From an uncultured Clostridia bacterium (GTDB lineage: Bacteria; Bacillota; Clostridia; Oscillospirales; Acutalibacteraceae), in NCBI GenBank assembly GCA_947165755.1, contig CAMVBR010000001.1:1-53846 (forward strand): 53,846 nucleotides of DNA. Reading direction: 5' to 3'. Made by a program: the position numbers and the translations under genes. Positions 41,628 to 50,900 of this stretch are shown here, in pieces (positions within the stretch are counted from its first letter, which is position 1; each line of letters starts with the position of its first letter). The notes beneath the pieces are model-generated. The model worked only from the letters and a program-made list of their open reading frames with translations. It was not told where the DNA came from and did no database searches.

Positions 41628-43004
41628 CTACGTCTCTCTACCGAAATACCCGTCCAGCGCGGCGAGCCTTTGCCGGATGAACCGGGTGAAATCGTCCGGA
41701 AGATTGTTATACACAACGGCCTCCTGCGGCCAGCGCGCAGCCTCCGCCGCGCGTACGGGGCCCGGGACCTGCCCCAGATGCGCCGAAAACAGCGCCTGCG
41801 CGTGTTCTTCGGTGAACAGCGTTTCCCGCAGGGCGGCCCAGCGGGCGCGGATCTCGGGCATGAAGCAGTCCGCCATTCGGGAAAACAGCCGGTGCGTCCG
41901 CCATACCTCGCCGCTGTTCCACACCGAGTCTTCGTCGGAGATCCCGGCGGGCAGCCGCCACGTTTTATCCAGATCGTAGGCGGAGGGCAGGTAGGTCCTG
42001 CCGTCGAAGGTGGCCCATAGCATATTCCGGCCCATATTATCGGCGCCGCATACGAACAGGGCAAACAGCATATAATCGATCACGCGGTCCGGGTCGGTAT
42101 AGTCCCCGAGGCGGGCTCTGAAATCCGCGTCGCCGGTGTCGTTCACAAAGGCGATCAGCCGGTTCATGCCGTCGAAAAGCCAGCCTGTCCCCTCGGGGGC
42201 GTCCTCGGTGGCGCAGTACTCCACGCTCCAGCCCGATACCTCCGGCGGGGCGGACGGGTCGATCTGCGCGTACATGGAAACCGCGTACCGCCAGTATTCC
42301 GCAAACAGCAGCCCGGCGCGCTGCTCTTCCTTTTTCATGCCGAAGATCCAGCGGTTTTTCGGCGTGTTCAGCGTATACAGCCCCTGAAATCTGCCGTTCA
42401 TATACAAAAGCACAGGGCGGCCGTCCACAGCCCCGCCGTTCACGAGCGGGGTCAGCCGGTCGTTTTTGCCCTCGTCGCGCACGAGCTCGCCCCAAAGCCT
42501 TGCCGAAACCAGGTTTCTCGCCCCGGCGTAATCGTCCCAGTTTGCCTTCAGGCAGTATTTGCTCTGTTTGCCCCAGGCGTCCTTGAGCCGGATCTCGTTT
42601 TTCCGCCCGCCTGCGGTCAGAAACTGCACGCTGAAATTCTTTTTCGGAAACAGCAGCGAGGATTCCCCCTGCCATTTCAGCGAAGCGAGGGTGGTAAAGG
42701 CGGTCTCGCCGTCGTAATGCAGGGTCGCCGTCACCTTTTCGGTTTTCGAGATCCCTTCCGTTCCACCCTCGATCCGCACCACGGGCAGCCCCGTGTTTTT
42801 ATAGCTTACGCTTTCTTCGTAGGTCTCGCCGCACGTATCGCACCGAAAAACCCCGCAGCAGGGGATCGGGCCGGGCGCGTCCGTTTTCAACGCCGTAAGC
42901 GTGCCCGTATGTTTATGGGTCCCGCAGCCGGCCGGCAGCAGAACGGCTGCGCAAAGCAGCAGCGCCGCAAGCGCGGCGTACGGCGGTTTTTTCTTTTTTT
43001 GCAT
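41628..43004 (-). CDS. CotH-family protein, lipoprotein-like signal
   Basis: AAAGGAGG RBS and signal MQKKKKPPYAALAALLLCAAVLLPAGCG (lipobox-like). CotH core KKNFSVQF, KYCLKANWDDYAGARNLVSARLWGELV and RPVLLYMNGRFQGLYTL. Confidence 0.8.
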   Translation of the reverse strand: MQKKKKPPYAALAALLLCAAVLLPAGCGTHKHTGTLTALKTDAPGPIPCCGVFRCDTCGETYEESVSYKNTGLPVVRIEGGTEGISKTEKVTATLHYDGETAFTTLASLKWQGESSLLFPKKNFSVQFLTAGGRKNEIRLKDAWGKQSKYCLKANWDDYAGARNLVSARLWGELVRDEGKNDRLTPLVNGGAVDGRPVLLYMNGRFQGLYTLNTPKNRWIFGMKKEEQRAGLLFAEYWRYAVSMYAQIDPSAPPEVSGWSVEYCATEDAPEGTGWLFDGMNRLIAFVNDTGDADFRARLGDYTDPDRVIDYMLFALFVCGADNMGRNMLWATFDGRTYLPSAYDLDKTWRLPAGISDEDSVWNSGEVWRTHRLFSRMADCFMPEIRARWAALRETLFTEEHAQALFSAHLGQVPGPVRAAEAARWPQEAVVYNNLPDDFTRFIRQRLAALDGYFGRET

Positions 43005-43053
43005 GCGGTCGCCTCCTTTTGCGGCGGAAATGCCCTTTGCTTCGGCCGCCCGT

Positions 43054-44442
43054 TTACGCGCGGCGCAGAAATACGGTATAAAGCAGAACGGCTGCGATCA
43101 TATACCCGGCGGCAAGCAGCGCGGCGGCGGCGTGTTTCCACGGCCGGTCAAGCCGGTTTTGTACCGTCTGCACCGCGTCCGTCAGCAGCGGGTCGTCTTT
43201 TTTTACGGCGGCCGCCAGCGCCAGAAAATTCGCCAGATACGATTCGTCCGCGAAGCGCATCAGGTCGTCCGAGATCAGAAACGTGCCCACGCGCAGCAGC
43301 GGCAGCAGCAGAAAGCCGAGGTAGGGGAGCCGTTTTCCCTTTCCGGCGCGCCGCAGGGCGTGCGTCCAGCAATAGCCCAGAAACGCGTAAAACGGCAGCA
43401 TCACCCCAGCCAAACGGATTTCGTCCCGGGGATCGATATTGGAAAACGTAAGCTCGATCAGCCGCCGGATCCTCCCGAACAGGCCCGCGTAAACGCCCGC
43501 GTCGTCTTTTCCGAAGAAATAAAATGTGTAGTAATCTTTATACACCCCGAAAATATCATTTTCGGCGAATTTCCCGGCGAGGTAAGCGTCCAGCTCCGGT
43601 TCGGTCATCGTCAGCAGATCCTTTTCAAACGCCAGAAAACAGACGGCGAGCCCGACGCACGCGCATACCGTCACCGTAAAGCCCGCGATGCGCGCCCTGC
43701 GCAGCCGTGGCTCCGCGCAGATATAATAGAACTGGATCAGCAGGACCGCCGGCAGCAGCGTGTAGGCAAACTCGTGGTGCACCAGCATGCCCGCGGCGCA
43801 CAGCAGCGGGGTGAGCACGGGAGAGGCCTTCGTATCGCCGATATAAAAGCACAGCAGCGCAATCGCCAGATTATACTGATCCAGCAGCCCCAGATTGTAT
43901 ACGAACGTGATCGCCGTGATCGGGCTGGCGGCAAAGGCGACCGCCGCCGCGCACAGGATATAGTTTTTCTTCAGAAACGCTTTTTTGCATACCGCGGCGG
44001 CAATGCCCGCCTGCAGCAGAAAAACCGTAAATACCGTGATGCGGGAGACGGTAAGCACCAGCTTCACCGAAACCGTGTCCGTAAACCACGAAATGATCTC
44101 GCCTGCAAACGCCCGGGAAACGAATCCCATGCTGTAATCAAACAGGTGGTAGGTCACCGTGGAGGGGAAAAACAGGTAAACGGAGCTCGTCAGATACAAC
44201 GCCCCGTTCACGTAGTAAACGAGCATCGTGAGCCCGAACAGGAACGCCGTCAGGCCCAGCGTGCTGCAGGGCAGGGCGATCGCCCGCCGAAGGGCGTCGC
44301 CGGTTCTGCCGAAGACGGCTTGCAGCGCGGCGCCCGCAGCCGATGCTCCGTCCCGCAGCGCGGCGGCCGCGTCGGTCATTTTTACGGCGGCTTTCTGCCG
44401 GAGCGTTTGCCGCGCCGCGGTTTTTTTCCTGTTCTTCGGCAA
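43054..44442 (-). CDS. Polytopic membrane protein of unknown function (D[FY]SMG family; paralog of 32832-34079)
   Basis: 462-aa ORF upstream of, and co-oriented with, the CotH gene. Multiple hydrophobic segments and HLFDYSMGFVSRAFAG. The start (TTG at 44442 after GGGGGAG) is uncertain; an internal ATG (MTDAAAAL) is possible. Confidence 0.65.
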   Translation of the reverse strand: MPKNRKKTAARQTLRQKAAVKMTDAAAALRDGASAAGAALQAVFGRTGDALRRAIALPCSTLGLTAFLFGLTMLVYYVNGALYLTSSVYLFFPSTVTYHLFDYSMGFVSRAFAGEIISWFTDTVSVKLVLTVSRITVFTVFLLQAGIAAAVCKKAFLKKNYILCAAAVAFAASPITAITFVYNLGLLDQYNLAIALLCFYIGDTKASPVLTPLLCAAGMLVHHEFAYTLLPAVLLIQFYYICAEPRLRRARIAGFTVTVCACVGLAVCFLAFEKDLLTMTEPELDAYLAGKFAENDIFGVYKDYYTFYFFGKDDAGVYAGLFGRIRRLIELTFSNIDPRDEIRLAGVMLPFYAFLGYCWTHALRRAGKGKRLPYLGFLLLPLLRVGTFLISDDLMRFADESYLANFLALAAAVKKDDPLLTDAVQTVQNRLDRPWKHAAAALLAAGYMIAAVLLYTVFLRRA

Positions 44443-44823
44443 CTCCGATCTCCCCCTTCCTTATATATATACTATTATAATGTTGTCGCTGTAAAAGTCA
44501 AGCGGGTCGTTGCCGCTCACGGCGGGGCGGATGGCGGAAAGCGCGCCGGGCGCTTCAAAAAAGGCTGCGCGTGCGGCTGCCCGTCACATTTTGAATATAT
44601 AGCGGTCCGGCCGGGAATCCACCCACAATATGTATGGTTTGTGTGTGAAATCGTGCGTTTTTTTTGAATAAATTCTGTAAATTATGTCTTTTTTGTGCTG
44701 TTTTTCGGGTTTCGTTCACCGTTTTGCAACAATTAAAACACAATTGATTTTTGCCTCATGAATTTTGTTGAAACTGCCTATGAGAAATTGTAATTTTTGT
44801 GCAGAATGTTAAACAGCCAATTG

Positions 44824-44853
44824 TTGACACGGCGCAAAAGATTGCGATATAAT
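44824..44853 (+). promoter_or_regulatory. Consensus SigA-type promoter for the giant plus-strand ORF
   Basis: TTGACA (44824-44829), an 18-nt spacer, then TATAAT (44848-44853). It leaves a ~95-nt leader before the ATG at 44953. Confidence 0.55.
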
Positions 44854-44879
44854 AATGATGATATAGTATACCCGAAGTG

Positions 44880-44899
44880 CCCCCAAAATTTGGGGGTTT
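44880..44899 (+). promoter_or_regulatory. Leader hairpin (possible attenuator or stabiliser)
   Basis: Perfect palindrome CCCCCAAAATTTGGGGG (44880-44896) followed by TTT, between the predicted -10 and the RBS (GAAGGAG at about 44936). Confidence 0.35.
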
Positions 44900-44952
44900 C
44901 GGCAGTTTGCTATAAACACTGCATTTTTTGCAAACAGAAGGAGTGTTACTGT

Positions 44953-47900
44953 ATGGGTACAAAGGCTAAGCTTTCCACGAAAGTTATTAGCGTTGTCCTG
45001 TCGGCCCTGATGGCGGTGAGCTGCGTTTACGTGGCTCTGCCGAGTCTCGCGCCGAAAGCCTTTGCCGCCACCGCCGAACAAAAGGCGTGGCAGGGTCTTG
45101 CGGATGCCTTTACCGCCGCGTACAACGGCGGTTATATGAGCACCAAAGACTGGGAGTCCATCAACGCCACCAACGGCACGATCACCGTTACCGACGGTAC
45201 CGTGAACGGCTACGCTTATAACGTGGTCGCCGCGTTGGGCGAGCTGCTGGAGCTCATCGGCAAAGACAAACATAACGTCGAGCTTCGCGCTACGATCAAG
45301 TCGACGCTGGCTGCCGATTACAACTGCGCCCTCGGCGAGTATCAGGAGAACTTCCTGGATAAGCTGCTGGACGTGAGCGGGATCTACGGCCAGTACACGC
45401 CGACCAGCATCTGGAACGGCTCCAACGCCGATTTTAACGCGAACCTCACGGCGCAGACCATCACCGTGACCGCCACGCGCCTCGAGAGCGCCGCGATCCT
45501 TTCGGATTTCGATTCGATCGACGCGCTTGCCGAAGCCGGCTATAAAGTGGTTACGGCCTACAGCATCACGGTCAACGCCGCGGCGGTGAAGTGCGCCTCC
45601 ACCAACAGCAGCGAAACCGGCGCCTACTACGCGAACAGCAGCGTAACGGCCGACGAGGGCACGCCCGCCGTTGCCGCGGATAAGGCGCAGCTGGAGAAGA
45701 TCAAGGCCTATATGGATTACGTCGCTTCCGACGAATTCAAGCCGAGATACGATATCTGGTTCAATGGCGGCAACGCGGTGAATTCCGAAAGCCTTTACAG
45801 TTACTCCACGTCCCAGATCAATGAGATGAAAGAGCACTACATGGCGAAATACAACGCCGTGTATACCGGCGAGCTTGCCTATATCGAAGAGTATATCGGC
45901 AAGTCCAACTTCGATTCTCATAAGGCCTTCGTGGACGCGGCCTACAACGCCCTTGCCGTTGTGGACTATAAAGACTACGTAGCCTGGCTTGTAAACGGTA
46001 CGCCCTATCCCGGCGGTACCGCCAAGAACCGTGACGATTATACCGCCACCGATCCCGTGAGCATCGAGGCCGTGATCACGCAGGCCACCACGTTCAAAAA
46101 TGCGATGACCAACGACAGCAGCGTGATCAACATCCTCAAGGGCCTGTATCCCGGGTTCGATCCCGCCAAGGCGTACAACGCCGCCGACGAGAGCACCTAT
46201 TACGCCAGCTTCGATAACCTCATCCGTTATCTGAGCAGCCTGATGTATAACTATTATCTTCAGGAGATCAAGCAGGCGTCCAACGTGCTTCTTAACAACG
46301 GCGCTTCCACCACCTATTCCTTCTCCAACGCCACCTCCAAGTTCTTCAATCTTCTGCAGAACGCCGTGGGCGCCGCGAACTACGAAGAGGGCTCCGACTA
46401 TGTGAAGACCTCCGATTCGCAGGTGAATAAGGATAAGACCTACTACGTGCAGGACGCGACCTATACCTATACCGACGTGGCCGCCGACGCGACCGCGCTT
46501 GCGGAAGGCACCCGTTACTACACGCAGTACGCCAAGGTGGAATCTCCCGTAAACGCAAACGTTGCTTCCTATTATGAGGAAAAGGCGACCGACGTTTACA
46601 AGAAGACTGCCGATACCGCAGTCAAGGAAGGCAAGACCTATTATACGCTTGCCGACGGCGTCTACACGGCAGTGGAAACCCCCGACGCCGCTCAGCTCGG
46701 CAATTACTATGAGTTCGTAGCGACGATGGTCTCCTTCGTGCCTACCGCCGATACCGCGGTGAACGCCGTGAAGACGTATTACGTCAAGGGCACGGCCTAT
46801 AAAGTTGTAACCGATCCTTCTGATAAATATGTAAGAACCTATGCTACCAGAGACGTCAACTACCGTCTCACAAAGAACAGCAAGGTCCTTTCCGGCAAAA
46901 CCTACTACACGCTGGCCGACGGCAAGTATACCGCCGTGGAATCGCCGAAGGACGCGGATATCGCCTCCTACTACGAGACCTACGTCAACCGCAGCTATCA
47001 GCTGACTGCCGATAAGGTTCTTGTGAACGGCAAAACCTACTGGAAGCAGGTGGGCGGCGCTTACACCGAGGTGGAAGAGGCCAAGGAAGAGGATCTTGCC
47101 TCTTACTACGAGCCCAAGTTCATCGAGGTCGCCGAGCCTGTGAGAGGCGAGCTCTACGAATACTATGAGCGCGCCGGCAGCTACTACGGCCTGAAGGGCG
47201 TCGGCAACGCCGAATATATCGAGGGCAACTATGAGTCCTCCTATTCCAAGACCGCCGATACCGCCGTGGATTCGTCCAAGACCTATTATACCTACGACGA
47301 AGCCTCCGGCAAATACACCAAGGTGACCTCTCCCACGGCCGCCGATCTCGGCACGTACTATGAGCGCGCCGAGTGCCCGATCAACGATACCGATCTGGCC
47401 GCGCTGTACATCTTCTTCAACAACGCGGTTTCCATGATCGACAGCGCAAGCACCTACGGTGTGAACGTACGCAACTATTTCGACGAAGCCACCGAGGCCG
47501 CGATCCGCGAAATGAAGACGGCGCTCTATAACGAGCAGCTTACCCGCGGCCGCGTGAACGAGGCGTTCCTGCAGGCTTACCAGCCTCTGGCCGATCTGAT
47601 GGCCGGCTACATCAAGGGCGGCAAGACCCTCTCCCAGCTGTATTACGATATCAAAGACGTTGAGGCGAAGTTCACTTCCCTCAAGAATTCCTACAACTGG
47701 TTTGCCTCCGAAGCCCGCGGCGTTGCCGTGCAGGCGTTCCTGAACGAGCTGTATAACGAGCTGTACGATCGCGCGCAGTCCGCTTATATCGAGATCCTTA
47801 CCATTTATAATAACGACGGTACCGGCAATGTCGCCTCCGGTACCAATAACGTAAACGCGAAGAACTACTATCAGCTTCGCCAGAACATCAACCGCATCAC

Positions 47901-50900
47901 CGACGCTGCCGGTACCTATCCCGAAGGCGGAACCTCGCAGAAGATCGAGGCATTCATTGCCGCGAGCTATGCCGCCACCAAGATCACCGGCTCCAATAAG
48001 TACGGCGCGCGCACCTCTGCCAACATCAGCAAGTGGTACCGCAACAACACCGTGGCCGGCGCCGGCGCCCTTGCGGCCTGCAACACCGCCTACGCCACGG
48101 TAAAGAGCCGTGTTGCCGCGTATACCGCGGGTTCCGCATGGGACGCCACCGGCTCGGCTTACACGCACACCAACATCGAGCGCCGCGGCAAAGAAGCCGA
48201 CCTGGTCCGCACCACCGCCGGCGTGGATTACTTTACCGCCTGGTTCTCCCAGAACGGCGCGCCCACCGCGGGCAACTACGCCAAGGTATCCGACGCCGTT
48301 GCCAAGCTCGATAAGTTCCTTGCCAACAGCCAGTTCACCTCGCTGCTCGGCGCCGACGAGCTGGGCCTCGGTATCAACACACTGGGTGAATACCTGCAGT
48401 ATATCTTCTCCACGAAGCTCTTCACCGACGACATGGTCAACACCATCGTGGGCGCGCTGTTCCCGATGCTCACCGACCTGTTCGAGAACACCATCGTGGG
48501 CGAAGTGAAAAAGCTGGATCCGCTGGATGCCGCTACCTTCGGCATCGATAACCTCTACGGTAAGCTGCACCTGTACGTGAACGGCCAGTCCGATCCTACG
48601 GGCAAAAGCTCCATCTCCTTCGAGGCTCTCACCTATCAGCTGGGCGCCAAGATCTACCCCTCCACCTTCGGTCAGTATCTGGTGGATAACGGCTATTCCG
48701 TCATCGGTAACGATATCAAGGGCGCCAACAAGGGCTGGACCAAATACCGCTACGACGATAACGGCAACCAGAACGGCACGTTCAACAGCGAGTCGAACAA
48801 ATACGAATACAGCGTCAGCTTCAAGACCTATCTTGAGAAACATCCCAATATCAAGTTCAACTGGGGCATCGACGATACCACCGGCGCCACCCTCACCGCC
48901 ACCGCGCAGAACCGCTTCAATAAGTTCTGCCAGGTGCTGGGCGTTGTGTTCGGCGCGGCCATGCCGCTGATGCGCACCCTGTTCGGCAACGTGGACTTCG
49001 GCGGCCGCGCGGACGGCGCGGCGGTCGCCTGGGCGAACCCGATCGGTTACGATCTGCCCGTGCTCGGCGGCGTTTCCGCCGATATCGTGGCGTATAACCT
49101 GAAGGCCACCATCCGCGTCAACCACCTTGATCTCTATACCACGCTGTGGATCCCCGTGATGGAAGCGCTGGGCATCAACGGCGATCTGATGAGCTATACC
49201 TTCAAGAGCGTGAGCACCTTCACCTCCGGCAACGACACAAACGACCGTACGGGCCTCGTTACCGCGCTGCTCGATCCCGTCTGGCAGCTGATCCTGAAGG
49301 TGTCTCAGGCGCCTGTCGGCTCCATCCTGAAGCTCCTTCCCAACCTGTGTTATCACCTGATGAACGGCAGCGTGCAGAACCTGCTGAACCGCAGCGTGTG
49401 CTTCAACGTTCAGGGTGAGGACGCCGATCTTGCGCAGGGCGCGAGCGGCGGCTTCGGCTCCTCCATCATCGCCGCCATCGGTTCTGCGTTCTCGAAGGCC
49501 ATCGCCGGCGCGATCAAGATCAATCAGAGCATCAACCTTGGCGATATGCTGAATCTCGAGGAGATGCTCGGCTTCAGCCTGAAGGACCTCAATACCGTAC
49601 TGGCCGGCGTGCTCGGCATGATCAAGGAAGAGGCCGTTTACGAGGTGCAGGTAGGCACCGACGACGACGGCAATCCCATTATGGAAAAGCGTACCAACCT
49701 GCCCGGCATCGGCACCGGTAAGCTTGCCACCATGTACACCACCAGAAGCAGCACCTATCAGAGCCAGGCGCAGTACGTCACCGGCCTTTCCGACAACAGA
49801 GAGCAGCTTGCCTCCAAGAACGGCCGCCGCACCTACTACACCGCCAACGTGGAAATGGTGTTCTACGCCCTGTTCAACTGGGTGTTCCGCGCCGCGCAGA
49901 CCAAGGGCGGCATCGCCGATATCCTCGGCTTCATTGCCAATATCGCCGGCAGCAACCTGGGCGACAGCATCCCGCAGGTCGTTTACACACTTGTGGAAGG
50001 CATTGAAAGCGCCGATCTGGCGTTCGCCGCGCTCATCGAGCTCCTGTTCGAGCCCAGATATGCCGAGAAGAAGTTCAATTGGTATCAGATCAACAATGAT
50101 AATTATAATTGGACCGATAATCCGTTCGCCTACGTCCAGTACTACAATAAATGGACTGAGGAAAAGGCAGAGTATATCTACGAAAACGTGGATAACATCG
50201 TCAACGCCGTGGTGAACATGATCACGCCCGAAACCCTCGAGCAGTTTGGCGGCGACGTCAACGTCTGGCTCGACCGTACCATCAACTCCATGTTCAATAA
50301 CGAGGGCATCATGAACGTGATCGAGCTCGTCACCAAGCTGGGCGACGCTCTCGCGGGCAGCCCCGCCATCGTGAAGCTCCTTCGTCAGCAGGTCAAGACC
50401 CAGAACGCGAGCGACCCCGATATGAACCTGTACGCGTGGTACAACGTGTTCGGCTACCTGTATGAGGATATCCACAGCGTGGAGCTCGAAAACGCCAACC
50501 AGTTCATCGCCTACAACGTGCAGAACAATCAGGTTTACGTTTACGAGGCCGAGCCCAAGGATCCCGACGTGGAAACCGTGACCCTCACCAATACCAACGC
50601 GGCCAGCTCCACCGCCGCCTACTCCTGGAAGATCGTGCGCGCCTACGCCGTGGCTCCCGGTGAATCCATCCAGTGGCAGATCAACGGCACCAATATGACG
50701 CGCTCCGCCATCGTTCCTTACAACAAGAACGCCACCAACGATAAATATCAGGTTTACGAGAATCTGTTCCAGAACCTGCGCTGGACCGCCGCCGGCACGT
50801 CCGAAAACGGCGATCTGCTCTACACCTGGGAGGTCAAGCTCACCAGCCAGATCATCAGCCATCTGAAGCACGATCCCGCCAAGCATCTTGAGCGCGTCGG

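Noticed and set aside
44555-44962. Small minus-strand ORFs (62 and 68 aa) in the 510-bp intergenic region
   Set aside because: They lie in AT-rich promoter DNA, have no RBS and have odd composition. One overlaps the promoter, RBS and start of the giant gene.
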